From the NCBI GenBank assembly GCA_965205945.1, contig CBDBIB010000001.1, positions 576,001 through 640,000 of the forward strand: a stretch of 64,000 nucleotides of DNA, read 5' to 3'. The notes beneath the pieces are model-generated. The model saw only the letters and a list, made by a program, of their open reading frames with translations. It had not been told where the DNA came from and searched no databases. The stretch's first letter is position 1. Each line of letters begins with the position of its first letter. Below, piece by piece: positions 30,348 to 41,250 of the stretch. The position numbers and the translations under genes were made by a program. Origin of the DNA: Bdellovibrionales bacterium. Its GTDB lineage: Bacteria; Bdellovibrionota; Bdellovibrionia; Bdellovibrionales; UBA1609.

Positions 30348-32189
30348 TTGGAAAGCCACAAATCAAGCTTGAACTGGATAATTGCAGCAGGTGTAGTTGG
30401 TGCAGATATTGGAACATCTGTTTTTTATGGAACAGGAATTTTATTTCCTATTGTTGGCTATCTTGCGCCCTTAATAATTCTTGCTGTTTGCCTTATGATG
30501 TGGGCTCTTAAAAAAACTTACGAAGAAGGCTTGGCACTTTCACCATATAATGGTGGAGCATATTCTATGATACTTCGTTCTTTAGGAAGACAAGCCGCCG
30601 TACTTGCTGGATCACTAACCGTTGTTTCATACCTTGCAACAGCGGCAGTAAGTTCATTATCAGGAGCTCATTATCTTTCTTCTATGTGGAAGCATGGACT
30701 ATCCAACTCAACAATAGTTTTACTCGCCTTTATTCCAATAGTTTTTTTCGCTTTACTAAACATCAAAGGAATTAAAGAACCTGCAAAACTTGTGACTATT
30801 ATTGCAACATTTCACTTTGCTCTTCTCATCTTAATATCTCTTTGGGGATTTGGGTTTTTAATTTGGAACTGGGGAGCTATTGATCTGTCAGGCTTTACAG
30901 AGTTTAAAACACCAAACAGCCACCTTTCTTTTAACCTTCTTATATATGGTTTTGCTGCAGGGTTTTTAGGGATTACAGGTTTTGAATCTGCTGCACAAAT
31001 CGTTGAAGAGCTTGAAGCACCTGCACTAGAGACCGTTAGAAAACTATATAAAACTGTTATAATTTTAGTTTCTCTAACAGCTCCCGCAATTTCTTTTCTC
31101 TGCTTAGCGCTTCTTACTCAAGATGAGGTTATGAAAAATACAGACGCTCTACTTTCAGTTTTAAGCAACAAGCTTGGCGGGCGCTTTTTATTAACTGTCA
31201 TTGTAATTGATGCCACCTTAACTTTATTTGCAGCAACCAACACTGCATTTGTAGGGTTTATTGGCTTAGCTACTACAATGGCAAAACAAGGAAATCTTCC
31301 AAAATTCATGCTTACACGAGTAGCCCATAAGTACCCTCAGCTTCAAGGCTACCCTCTTATTGCAGTGCCCTTTATGATTATTGCGCTTATGATGTGTGCC
31401 CTTGTTGCTGGAGAAGTTGGAATTTTAGCAAAGGTTTATGAAATCGCCTTCCTTGGAGTTATGGTGAGTTTTTGTGTAGGTGTTGTTCTTTTAAGAAACA
31501 GACCTTTAAGAAAAGACACTCCAAATAATTTTTTAAGCTCTTGGCTTTTTGTAACAAAAAAAAACAGTATCCCTGTTATCCCTCTTCTTTCAGGGTGTGT
31601 TCTTCTTTTTGCTCAGCTCACCTTATTCCTACACTCAAACGGTGAAGAAAGGTCTATGCTAATCCAACTCTTAGCTATGATACTTTTAGTTATGGCCTTT
31701 TATCGCTGGGGAATCTTAGAAAATAGACTTGAAACAAGATCTGATTTAAGGCTTGGGACTGGTAAGTTTGCTAAAAAAACTGACCTTCCTGAAGATCTTA
31801 AAAAATATATCCTCTGTACAGGTGGAACTGGAGCCAGAAGACTTATAAATGCCTCTATCAAACATATTCACAACAGCACACTTAAAGTATCCGAACCTTT
31901 TGAGCTTGTTATTTTCCATGCTGAAAACGGCCAAGACCCTGAAGGATATTTTTATGAACTCTTACAACGAGTTGTTTCCCAACAGATTGTCCCAATTTAT
32001 CAAGATGTTGATATGGTTTTAAGAGTTAAAATTCTACCTGGAGGTCTTACAGAAGGCCTGCAAACTCTAAGAAAAACTGTAAATTTTAAATCTATTTTCC
32101 TTGGAGGCTTATCCCACTCATATGGAAAAAAATCAGAAATTGAAGAACTTCTAACTCATGAATTAGAAGTTAATGTGGTGCATATTTAA
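30348..32189 (+). CDS. APC-superfamily permease with C-terminal cytoplasmic domain (YdaO/KimA-like)
   Basis: About 12 hydrophobic segments, GADIGTSVFYG, GGAY, GITGFESAA, soluble C-terminal domain of about 150 aa; TTG start with GGGAGG SD. Confidence 0.75.
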   Translation: MESHKSSLNWIIAAGVVGADIGTSVFYGTGILFPIVGYLAPLIILAVCLMMWALKKTYEEGLALSPYNGGAYSMILRSLGRQAAVLAGSLTVVSYLATAAVSSLSGAHYLSSMWKHGLSNSTIVLLAFIPIVFFALLNIKGIKEPAKLVTIIATFHFALLILISLWGFGFLIWNWGAIDLSGFTEFKTPNSHLSFNLLIYGFAAGFLGITGFESAAQIVEELEAPALETVRKLYKTVIILVSLTAPAISFLCLALLTQDEVMKNTDALLSVLSNKLGGRFLLTVIVIDATLTLFAATNTAFVGFIGLATTMAKQGNLPKFMLTRVAHKYPQLQGYPLIAVPFMIIALMMCALVAGEVGILAKVYEIAFLGVMVSFCVGVVLLRNRPLRKDTPNNFLSSWLFVTKKNSIPVIPLLSGCVLLFAQLTLFLHSNGEERSMLIQLLAMILLVMAFYRWGILENRLETRSDLRLGTGKFAKKTDLPEDLKKYILCTGGTGARRLINASIKHIHNSTLKVSEPFELVIFHAENGQDPEGYFYELLQRVVSQQIVPIYQDVDMVLRVKILPGGLTEGLQTLRKTVNFKSIFLGGLSHSYGKKSEIEELLTHELEVNVVHI

Positions 32190-32378
32190 ACACATACTTT
32201 ATACTAATAAATCACTCCACTAAATTTTCTAATATTTCCTTTAAATCACAAAATCACTTTTTACATTGACATAGCTTAATTAAAGTTTAATCTTACATAA
32301 ACTAGATCACTATTGTTTTATTAGCCCACTCTTTTCATATGTATATAATTTAAGAATTACGTTAGAAAGGTTTTTTTT

Positions 32379-32618
32379 ATGTCTAAAAAAATTGAAATTT
32401 ACACTTGGAACTACTGCCCATCTTGTGTAAGAGCTAAAAACCTTCTTACTCAAAAAGGAATAAAATTCATTGAATACTCTTTAGATGATAAAAACGATGA
32501 ACTTATAGCTCTTCGTGAGCGCACCGGTCAAAAAACTGTGCCACAAATTTTTATTGATGATGTTTTCATTGGTGGCTTCTTAGAGCTTTCTGCATTAAAC
32601 GCTTCTGGCAAACTTTAA
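32379..32618 (+). CDS. grxC: Glutaredoxin 3-like protein
   Basis: CPSC active site, TVPQIFI, IGGF; 79 aa. Confidence 0.85.
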   Translation: MSKKIEIYTWNYCPSCVRAKNLLTQKGIKFIEYSLDDKNDELIALRERTGQKTVPQIFIDDVFIGGFLELSALNASGKL

Positions 32619-33044
32619 TTTAAAAAGGCAAGAAAAAACAATTAAATTCTAACAGCCTTCTTAAGATTTACATATAATAAATTTTCTTACTAAATCATAA
32701 CACTTCTACAACTCATATGTATTAAAAGCTTTTTTTAAAAAAACCTTAAATAATAAAAAATCTGCTATAAAATGCTTGTAAAATAGAAAATATAATAAAA
32801 ATATATCCAAAGCTCAACACCCTCTTTATAGCAATCTTTTTAAGCCTTTTTAATTCTAAAAAACCCATGATCCTACCATTAACGCTCTACCTACTCCAAT
32901 GATACCTTTTTCATTTAAAAACTTAACTGCTTTTCAAACAAACAATCCCTTATTTTCTAAAGCCTAAAGAACCCCATCATAGGAGTTAAGCAAAGTATAA
33001 GAAATTTAATTTGACAAGTCTCCTCTCTCTATTAGGTTAATAAA

Positions 33045-34127
33045 ATGAGCTTTATCAACACAAAATCCATAGGAATCATTGGCGGAGGGCAGCTAGCAAA
33101 AATGCTTGCACAGTCAGCCCAAAAAATGGGAGCCACTGCTCATATTTATTCTGAGAACACATCAGACCCTGCTGCCACAATTACGTCCTTACATACAAAA
33201 GGTAAATTTACTAATTATAAAAAAATTAAAGCTTGGGCTAAGAATTTAAATGTTATTACCTTTGAAAATGAATTTATAGAAATTGATAAAATTAAACTTA
33301 AAAAATATTCACTAAACCCTAAAAGTATGATGCTTTTAAGAGATCGTTTAAGCCAAAAAACATTACTAGAAAAATTTAAAATTTCTACATCAAAGTTCAT
33401 ACAACTAAATAAAAATCCTTTTTTTAAAAACCCTGTAGTTTTAAAAAAACGTCTTTTTGGTTATGATGGTTATGGCACGGTAATATGTAAAAACAAGAAA
33501 TCTTATATTGATTTTATATTAAAAGAACAAAATATATCTGATTGGATTAAAGAAGATTTTATCTCTTTTAAAAGAGAATTAGCTTTTAGCATTGCACGAA
33601 CGAAAGATAAAGACTTCACCCTTCTTCCTCTTGTTGAAACTTTTCAAAAAAATTCAAAATGCTTATGGGTTAAAGGACCTATAAAAAACAAAAAATTAAA
33701 CTCTCTTATCTTAAAAGCTAAAAAGCTTCTTACACATTTAGATTATACCGGAATTATTACCTTTGAACTTTTTGAAACAAAATCTGGAGAACTTCTTGTT
33801 AATGAAATTGCTCCAAGAGTTCATAATTCAGCACACTACTCTATTGAAGCCTTGTCACTTTCACAGTTTGACGTGCATATACTCTCAATACTAAATCAAA
33901 AGCTTCCTTCTAAAATCACACCACACAAAGCCTTTGCAATGGTTAATCTTATTGGAAGCACTAATGCAAAACCAAAACTTCAGGCTGTTAAAATAGGATC
34001 CCTTCATTGGTACAGCAAGCTTGATAATAGACCCGGAAGAAAAATGGGTCATTTAACTGTTATGGACAACACACCTAATAAAGCTTTAAAATTAGCCCTT
34101 AAAGCAGTAAAAGGACAAAAACTATGA
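33045..34127 (+). CDS. purK: N5-carboxyaminoimidazole ribonucleotide synthase
   Basis: [42 protein letters not shown]; coupled to purE. Confidence 0.95.
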   Translation: MSFINTKSIGIIGGGQLAKMLAQSAQKMGATAHIYSENTSDPAATITSLHTKGKFTNYKKIKAWAKNLNVITFENEFIEIDKIKLKKYSLNPKSMMLLRDRLSQKTLLEKFKISTSKFIQLNKNPFFKNPVVLKKRLFGYDGYGTVICKNKKSYIDFILKEQNISDWIKEDFISFKRELAFSIARTKDKDFTLLPLVETFQKNSKCLWVKGPIKNKKLNSLILKAKKLLTHLDYTGIITFELFETKSGELLVNEIAPRVHNSAHYSIEALSLSQFDVHILSILNQKLPSKITPHKAFAMVNLIGSTNAKPKLQAVKIGSLHWYSKLDNRPGRKMGHLTVMDNTPNKALKLALKAVKGQKL

Positions 34128-34600
34128 GTAAACCAATAATTGGAATTATTATGGGAAGCACTAGTGACCTTCCTGTCATGAAAAAAACTCTCTCTTTTTT
34201 AAATGATTTTAAAATTTCTTATGAAGTAAAAACTGTATCTGCTCATAGAACTCCTGATTTTATGGCTTCATATGCTAAAAACGCTAAAAAAAATGGACTT
34301 AAAGTTATTATTGCTGGTGCAGGTGGCGCAGCTCACTTACCAGGTATGATCGCCGCCTATACAACACTTCCTGTAATTGGTGTTCCTATTAATATTACAA
34401 GCTTAAATGGCCTAGATTCTTTTCTCTCGATCTTACAAATGCCAAAAGGTGTTCCTGTTGCCACAGTTGCAATTGATAACTATGAAAATGCAGCTCTACT
34501 AGCTATTAGAATGTTAAGTATTAGCTCTAAAAGACTTTCTAAAGCTTTAGACGAATTTGCAAAATCACAAAAAACCAAAGTTTTAAATAGTAATCGCTAG
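34124..34600 (+). CDS. purE: N5-carboxyaminoimidazole ribonucleotide mutase
   Basis: [38 protein letters not shown]. Confidence 0.97.
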   Translation: MSKPIIGIIMGSTSDLPVMKKTLSFLNDFKISYEVKTVSAHRTPDFMASYAKNAKKNGLKVIIAGAGGAAHLPGMIAAYTTLPVIGVPINITSLNGLDSFLSILQMPKGVPVATVAIDNYENAALLAIRMLSISSKRLSKALDEFAKSQKTKVLNSNR

Positions 34601-34852
34601 TTGTGTATATTTACTATTTATATGGAATAATATTACTAAGATCTTTACAATTTGTAAGAATAAATACTAAACGATGATTTTACTTGCTTAGGATTTAAAA
34701 AATTTAACAAAAAAAGTTAATTTTTATAAGTCTATAAGCTATTATCAAGCTTAAAATAAACGCTTCCCATATCTTCATTCCTAATATGCTTAAGAAGAAT
34801 GGCCTAAATAAAAATAGTATGAGAGTGTGATTTACAAGCTACCTACATAAGC

Positions 34853-36004
34853 CTAGTTTATAAAACTATCCTTGCCCATTTTCTCTAAATCAAAAGAATA
34901 GGTTTTATATATATGGGGGGAAACACCTTTTCTTTCTATGTAAGCACCAGATAAACTTTTATAAAATGCGTAAGGGTATGAAAAATAAAATCCATCTGGG
35001 AAATTAAAAATTGGCTCCCAGCTTGAAAGCACTACCCTGCCTGAAGTTCGCTCTCCTATTACCTTTCCTCTATTGGTGTCTATAAATGCTTGAGCAACAA
35101 TTTCTGCAGTAGATGAGGTTATGGAGTTAACTAACACAAAAATTTTCTTATTTGTACAATAGTTTGCTTTAGGAACTCTTAAAAAAACTTTCCCATATTT
35201 TTTAAGGTAAGGAACCTGAATAGATTGTTTAACTGATAATGGATAATCTGAGCTTCCAAACTCTTTTTTACTTGGAATACTAAATTCCCCCACTACTATT
35301 TCTTCACACAAAAATATCGATAAAAATCTTAAACCTGCTGCAATATTTCCACCATAATTGTCCCTAAGGTCGATATATATTTTATTGCCTTTAATTTTTC
35401 TTACCCCATTCATCACATCTACAATAGCTTTATCATTAAAAAACTCCCCTCTAAAAGACAAAACTTTAATGATATTATCTACAATCTGAACCCTATCATT
35501 CCAAATATACTTTTGAACTTTTACTTTTAATATTTTTATTTTCCCTTTACGCTTAACTATATAATTTCCACCAGAGTGTAGAATACCATACCTTAAAGGG
35601 AGTTTTTCTTTATTTATTTTAACAAGTACATCGCCTCTTTTAAAAACTGAATCTGGATGAGCTCGATACACAAGATATTTACCTTTAAAATACTTAAATT
35701 TAACTCCAATATTTTTGGTTTCAGACTTCCAAATTTCATTTGATTCGAAAGGACTATAGACTGCAAAATGTGACCATCCCCAGTTTTTAAACCACGAATT
35801 CATATTAGCCTTCCACGCTCTAAAAGAACCTGATCTAGTATAAATACTCTTACAATGCTCAAACTCATTAGCATTAAATTTCTCTACAAATTCTTCTGTA
35901 ATTTTTTTACACATTTTTATGTGACCAGCCTTAAGACCTTTATCTCTTTGAATAGAGAAAAAAACTAAAGCGACTAAGAACATCCAGAGTACATAAAGTT
36001 TCAT
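34853..36004 (-). CDS. S41-family peptidase with PDZ-like segment
   Basis: IDLRDNYGGN, VLVNSITSSTAE (catalytic Ser region), IGERTSG, IERKGVSP; N-terminal signal/anchor. Confidence 0.8.
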   Translation of the reverse strand: MKLYVLWMFLVALVFFSIQRDKGLKAGHIKMCKKITEEFVEKFNANEFEHCKSIYTRSGSFRAWKANMNSWFKNWGWSHFAVYSPFESNEIWKSETKNIGVKFKYFKGKYLVYRAHPDSVFKRGDVLVKINKEKLPLRYGILHSGGNYIVKRKGKIKILKVKVQKYIWNDRVQIVDNIIKVLSFRGEFFNDKAIVDVMNGVRKIKGNKIYIDLRDNYGGNIAAGLRFLSIFLCEEIVVGEFSIPSKKEFGSSDYPLSVKQSIQVPYLKKYGKVFLRVPKANYCTNKKIFVLVNSITSSTAEIVAQAFIDTNRGKVIGERTSGRVVLSSWEPIFNFPDGFYFSYPYAFYKSLSGAYIERKGVSPHIYKTYSFDLEKMGKDSFIN

Positions 36005-36073
36005 AGAAAAAAACTCTCCTGTATTTAACCAGAGGACTTTTAAACATTTTCTTCATAATGTAATGTTAAACTT

Positions 36074-36466
36074 TTATGCCGCTCTTTTCCTTCTAACTAC
36101 AGAAACATCAATGCCGTACTGCTTAACCTTTCTATATAAAGTGGCTCTCCCAATACCTAAGGCTTTTGCTGCCTCAGTTAAATTCCCCTGATATTGATGT
36201 ATGGCATTTACAATTGCTATACTCTCTAATTCGCTAATAGTCTGCACTGAGCCCTTTCCCTGAGTACTTGGAAACGGTATAATATTTTTTGAACCACCTG
36301 AACTAAGTATTTGCACTGAAGAATCAAAGGCATTTTTTCTTTCTTGTTCCTTCCACTGAAAGATAGAATAAATTTCTAGATTAACACCCATACTATACGC
36401 AAAATTTCTTGCCTTCTGTATCACCTCTTGATCATCGGAAATAACAAGCACTTTTGATCTTGACAT
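36074..36466 (-). CDS. Small Fis-type HTH regulator with no AAA+ domain
   Basis: C-terminal ELESIAIVNAI..YQGNLTEAAKALGIGRATLYRK; short receiver-like N-terminal strand KVLVISDD; SD AGGGAG. Confidence 0.85.
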   Translation of the reverse strand: MSRSKVLVISDDQEVIQKARNFAYSMGVNLEIYSIFQWKEQERKNAFDSSVQILSSGGSKNIIPFPSTQGKGSVQTISELESIAIVNAIHQYQGNLTEAAKALGIGRATLYRKVKQYGIDVSVVRRKRAA

Positions 36467-36508
36467 TTAAATATCTCCCTTGCTTAGTTTAATAAGTTGA
36501 ACATATTT

Positions 36509-36536
36509 TTATCGGTCAAAAAATAAATTAAGATGA
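36509..36536 (-). promoter_or_regulatory. Sigma28-like promoter of the Fis-type regulator
   Basis: TCATCTTA-N12-ACCGATAA about 42 nt upstream of the ATG. Confidence 0.5.
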
Positions 36537-37281
36537 ACTTTTTTAAAGTTTTAATTCAATAAGATGCCTCTAGCACCTAAAATATGAATACAATACACTC
36601 ATTTTGCAACATATTTGCAACACAATGCTCTTTTAAAACACTTTTAAAAAATAATACCCTTTCCTTAGCGATTCTAATTTGTTGGTAATATTTTTTGTAT
36701 TCATTAGGGATTTTTTGATTTCTCTAGAATAGCTTTTTTTTCGCCCCTCTAAGATTTTGTGTACAATATGTGTTAATTTCTCTTTAAACTACTGAAATAA
36801 CTTCGTTATCCTCTCTATATTTATTGCCACAAACTCCTCTACTATAAACTTTAAATTAGCTTTTTTTGTACTCTCTTTTAAGCAAATCTTTGCTTTTAGT
36901 CTCTTTTTCTAAAAGTGCTGCTCTTAAAAAGTTCATCAACCAAAACTTTAAATATAATTCTTAAAAAAGACCGTTTGTAGTGATTGAGTATAGGAATGGA
37001 AACTGTAAATATAACACTACAATCAATGATTTTAAACACTTAGCAGGACAAGTCTGTCTTATACGAATTATGTTAATAGTGAAGAAAATGACTTACAAAA
37101 AAAAGTCTTATATGAAAAAGGCTATAATACTCTGCAACACTACCTTAGTAAGCTGATCTTTCTTTGATCTCCATATTTGCCACAGGATTATAAGGAAGCA
37201 CTTTAAAAATAGTAACTATTTTTTTAATCAAATGTCGAGGTGGTATACTTTAAAAAAATAGAGGTTTTCCTAGATTTGCTC

Positions 37282-37689
37282 TTATCTTCGACCTGACTTA
37301 ATCTTAATCTGCATTTTAGTAATCAACTGAACGGCCATTTTTTCCTGAACTTTACACATTTTAAGCTCATCTTTCTTATACGATCTTTGACTAGGAGTTA
37401 AAGTTCCAGCTTGAAGCTCCATCTCATAATCAAGCTTATTGGCCCTAATACCTTCAAGCTCTTTAGTTTGATTTTTAAAAAGCCTATTAACACCACTCAT
37501 AGGAGCAACATCAAGCCATTCTCTCTTGTTTTTATACCATGTAAGCATTCTTAAAAATCTAGCCTTATTCTTAGCTAGTGTAAATTGTGGATACTGAACC
37601 TCTTTTAGGTCCAGTATATTTTCCGTTTCACTTAAATCTACTTCCTGAGAAGCGGTCCCTATAGTATTTTTAATTTCTATAACATCCAT
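37282..37689 (-). CDS. Hypothetical helical protein (about 135 aa)
   Basis: ATG 37689 (MDVIEIK) with AAGGA SD preferred over the track's TTG start; no recognisable motif. Confidence 0.65.
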   Translation of the reverse strand: MDVIEIKNTIGTASQEVDLSETENILDLKEVQYPQFTLAKNKARFLRMLTWYKNKREWLDVAPMSGVNRLFKNQTKELEGIRANKLDYEMELQAGTLTPSQRSYKKDELKMCKVQEKMAVQLITKMQIKIKSGRR

Positions 37690-38053
37690 ATTGTCCTTAC
37701 CCACATAGGTCTTATCCCAGATTTTAAAAAATAGCAATTTTTGTTATCTAGAATAAAAATATTTTTATTACAATTAAAGATTTTACAATTTAAATCAACT
37801 TTATACCTATCAAATAAAAAAAAACCCAGTACATTATTAAGAGGAATAATATATAACGGCAGTAAGCATATAAAAATCTGACTGCCCTATAAAACCTGTA
37901 TCATTAAAAAAGGTTATAAAACTTAAAAAAACCTATAACTATTAAAATTTTAAAGCTTGATAAAAAGTTTATGGGCCAAGTTCTTAAATAGATTACACAC
38001 CTTAAAATAGACTCTAAACCTGCGCCTAGTAAATACCAAAAAAACCTCCATTA

Positions 38054-39307
38054 TTAGGTTATCCTTTGAACAATTGCTGCTCCAACAGAATCAGACCATA
38101 CATTTACTGTTGTTCTTCCCATATCCACAACTCTATCTACAGCTAAGATCATACCTGTAGCCTCTAACGGTAAGCCCACTGTTTCTAAAATTACTACCAT
38201 CATAGCAAGCCCTGCATGAGGAATTCCCGCCGCTCCTACTGAAGCTAATAGTGCTGTGATCAATACTAAAAATTGTTGAAAAAATGACAAATCAACATTC
38301 ATTACCTGAGCTATAAACAAAACTGCAACACCTTCATATAAAGCTGTGCCATCCATATTAATGGTCGCCCCTAATGGCAAAACTATACTTGAAACCTTTG
38401 ATGAAACTTTTTTATTCTTTTTAGAGCACTCCATGGTAAGAGATAATGTTGCTGCACTTGAGGCAGATGAAAAGGCTGTAAGTAACGCCGGAGACATTTG
38501 CCGCATGTACTTAAACGGGTTCTCTTTTCTTAGTAAAAAATATAAAACCGGAACAACCACAAAAAAATGAAACCCTAAAGCAAGCATTACAGTCACTAAA
38601 TACCACGCAAGAGAACTAAATACCTGAACACCAACCTCTAAAATCAGCTTTGCCACTAAACAAAAAACACCTATTGGAGCAACCGCTAAAACCCCATGAA
38701 CCATTTTAAGCATGATTTCATTTAATGAATCTGCGAAATCTACCATTGGTTTTCTTTTATTTGGAACAACTTGAAGAGCAAAGATTCCAAAAAGAATAGT
38801 AAAAAATAAAACACCTAGCATATCAAAGGGAACAGCTGCCATAGAACCAATTGGATTTTCTGGAACCATACGTATAAAAATCTCGGACAAAGAGCTTGGT
38901 GAAGACATAGTTTTTGCTGCCATATCGCCTAAATCTAAATCTACCCTTGTACCTGGAGAAATCAAATTCACAAAAAACAAACCCACAGTAATGGCAATTA
39001 TACTTGTAAAAATATAATAAATTAAAGTTTTACTACCAATTCGAGAAAGATCTTTAGAACTTCCAACCCCTAAGACTCCTAAAAGAAGTGATGCAATTAC
39101 CAGTGGTAGCACTACCATTTTTAAAAGCCTTAAAAAAACCTTCCCCCCTAAATCCACTGCTGGAAGAATCACATTTAATGCTACTTGACTATCTTTTAAA
39201 AAGATACCCACCAATACGCCTAAAAACATTCCAATTGCAATCTGCCAATGAAGCTCTTTATACCACTTATTCTTTTTCTCTACTTGAAGATTTTTTTCTG
39301 AATCCAT
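38054..39307 (-). CDS. Dicarboxylate/amino acid:cation symporter (DAACS, GltP-like)
   Basis: FLRLLKMVVLPLV, AFSSASSAATL, LPLGATINMDGTALY, AVDRVVDMGRTTVNVWSD. Confidence 0.95.
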   Translation of the reverse strand: MDSEKNLQVEKKNKWYKELHWQIAIGMFLGVLVGIFLKDSQVALNVILPAVDLGGKVFLRLLKMVVLPLVIASLLLGVLGVGSSKDLSRIGSKTLIYYIFTSIIAITVGLFFVNLISPGTRVDLDLGDMAAKTMSSPSSLSEIFIRMVPENPIGSMAAVPFDMLGVLFFTILFGIFALQVVPNKRKPMVDFADSLNEIMLKMVHGVLAVAPIGVFCLVAKLILEVGVQVFSSLAWYLVTVMLALGFHFFVVVPVLYFLLRKENPFKYMRQMSPALLTAFSSASSAATLSLTMECSKKNKKVSSKVSSIVLPLGATINMDGTALYEGVAVLFIAQVMNVDLSFFQQFLVLITALLASVGAAGIPHAGLAMMVVILETVGLPLEATGMILAVDRVVDMGRTTVNVWSDSVGAAIVQRIT

Positions 39308-39313
39308 ATAAAT

Positions 39314-39769
39314 CTAATTCCCTTTCTGTATTTTTTTCTTTTCAACTATCAACCTACCTACCATAGTTTCTCTAGGAAAATTTGAAACTCCAACATATGC
39401 ATAAATACCTTCTTTAGTTGGCGCTTTAAAAGAAACTTCTAAACTTGTATTTGGCTCGATATCCTTAGATTCAAAAAGAAAATATTCCCTAGGAACCTGC
39501 CCTTGCTGAGCCTTAATATGCTGAACTAGTATAGGATCTTCACCATTTTTAAGAAGATAAAACTTTAATTTTTCTTTCTTTAAACCATTAAATAAATCAA
39601 AAGAAACTCTTTTCCCTGGATCAGTCTTTAGCTCTTCTACTGAAAAAGCCATATCTCCATTTGAGACCCTAATCTTACTAATTTCGCTAATAACACTTTT
39701 TTTGGGCATACATGCAGATAAAAAAATTAACGTTAAACAACCTAAAACTAAGTTTCTATATTTCCTCAA
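39314..39769 (-). CDS. Cupredoxin (azurin/auracyanin-like) fold lipoprotein lacking most copper ligands
   Basis: Likely TTG start at 39769 (GAGGGG SD), lipobox FLSAC. Pattern AFSVEELKTDPGKRVSFDLFN..IEPNTSLEVSFKAPTKEGIYAYV..MVGRLIV. Confidence 0.6.
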   Translation of the reverse strand: MRKYRNLVLGCLTLIFLSACMPKKSVISEISKIRVSNGDMAFSVEELKTDPGKRVSFDLFNGLKKEKLKFYLLKNGEDPILVQHIKAQQGQVPREYFLFESKDIEPNTSLEVSFKAPTKEGIYAYVGVSNFPRETMVGRLIVEKKKIQKGN

Positions 39770-39871
39770 TTGGAACCCCTCATTAAATGTTGTATTTATA
39801 TATTCTCTCAGATAAGGATTACAATTAATTTTATAAAAACGCAATAAACTTAAAAAAAAGGAACGGCTTTT

Positions 39872-41134
39872 ATGAAAAATTTTATTCTAATTGCATTGTT
39901 ATTTTGCTTTACTAACTCAGCTTGGGGTTCTGGCTATCAATTGCGCTACCAGGGCGCTGAATCCATGGGAACAGCTTTTGCATCGGCAGGCTCTAATGGA
40001 GCATCACTTTCAAGCATTTACTACAATCCTGCACTTTTTCTACTCCAGGACAAAAACAAATCTGTGGCCTTAGAATTTTTAGCCATACATCCAACAAAGG
40101 CTAAGTTTACATCATCAACAGATCAAGTTTCTAATAACTATGTAAGCAGCTCATTTTCCGGCAGCCTTTATTATGGCCACAAAGTTAGTGATGAAACTGC
40201 TATTACAGTTGCTATAACTGCCCCTTGGGCAACAGCATCTGACTACAATGCAAAATGGGAAGGCCGATACCACGCCTTAAAAACCAGCCTTAAAACCATT
40301 AATATGCAACCTATAATAACCCAAAAAGTTTCTAATAAATTCATGTTTTCTATTGGGCCACAAATTCAATACATGACAAGTAGACTTTCAAAAGCTACAA
40401 ATTTTGGTCCTAACGGAGATCTAATTTCTGATTTTAATGGTAGTAATTTAAATATTGGTGGGATTTTAGCCCTTACTTATATACCTACAGAAAAAACCAC
40501 ATTAGCTTTTAACTATACTTCTTATATCAAGCACAATCTACGTGGTGATTTAAAGTTTTCTCCTACAGAATTGGCTTCAGTGGGCGGCCTTGTAAATTCT
40601 AGTGACGCAAATAGTAAAATCACAACTCCAGATGTTTTTACTTTAAGTGCATCTCATATAGTGTCTGAGCAGCTCATTAGTCATTTTTCTGTAAGCTACA
40701 CCAACTGGAGTATATTTAAAGATATCAAGCTTACAGGAAACAAGGCTCTTAATGGAACTCTACCTTTGATAAACACCACAGATCAAAACTGGAACGACAC
40801 CTATATGTTAGCCCTAGGTTCAACTTACTACATAAATGGCAAAACTACCCTTCGCGGAGGAGTTTCTTATGAAACTGGAGCTGTAGACAACAAATATAGA
40901 ACACCAAGAACTCAAGACACAGATAGAATTGGGCTTGGCTTAGGTGCAAGCTTTACTTTAAACACTGTGGTGCTTGATTTAGGTTTAAACCACATAATTT
41001 ATACAGGTGACATTGACCTAGATATTGCAACAGCTAAACCTACCCCTACGACTCCAGCAGGAACCCCTGGTGTTACTGGTACTTATGATAGCTCAGCTAC
41101 TCTTTTAAGACTTGGCGTTGAATACAAATTCTAA
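39872..41134 (+). CDS. fadL: FadL/OmpP1-family outer-membrane transporter
   Basis: AWG|SGYQLRYQGAESMGTAFA, SIYYNPA motif, W.GRY, C-terminal VEYKF. Confidence 0.85.
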   Translation: MKNFILIALLFCFTNSAWGSGYQLRYQGAESMGTAFASAGSNGASLSSIYYNPALFLLQDKNKSVALEFLAIHPTKAKFTSSTDQVSNNYVSSSFSGSLYYGHKVSDETAITVAITAPWATASDYNAKWEGRYHALKTSLKTINMQPIITQKVSNKFMFSIGPQIQYMTSRLSKATNFGPNGDLISDFNGSNLNIGGILALTYIPTEKTTLAFNYTSYIKHNLRGDLKFSPTELASVGGLVNSSDANSKITTPDVFTLSASHIVSEQLISHFSVSYTNWSIFKDIKLTGNKALNGTLPLINTTDQNWNDTYMLALGSTYYINGKTTLRGGVSYETGAVDNKYRTPRTQDTDRIGLGLGASFTLNTVVLDLGLNHIIYTGDIDLDIATAKPTPTTPAGTPGVTGTYDSSATLLRLGVEYKF

Positions 41135-41250
41135 ATCTTACATAAAATCATGGTTATTCTCTGGCTCAAAGCGCTCTTAGTATTGTTTATTCACAAGTAA
41201 ACTTGGTCTAAGTAGTTGCTTTTTAACGCAATTCATTTAAATACTAATTT

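Noticed and set aside
32746..32868. 40-aa minus-strand ORF MGFLELKRLKKIAIKRVLSFGYIFIIF...
   Set aside because: SD spacing is too short and there is no homology evidence; such hydrophobic ORFs arise by chance in AT-rich DNA.
33011..33047. Leaderless purK transcript (TTGACA-16-TAGGTT-6-ATG)
   Set aside because: The same AGGT can serve as an SD at normal spacing, so the evidence is ambiguous.
37051..37078. dif-like sequence AGTCTGTCTTA-TACGAA-TTATGTTAATA
   Set aside because: Only the XerD-like arm matches. The left arm lacks the conserved ATAA, and I see no strand-skew switch here.
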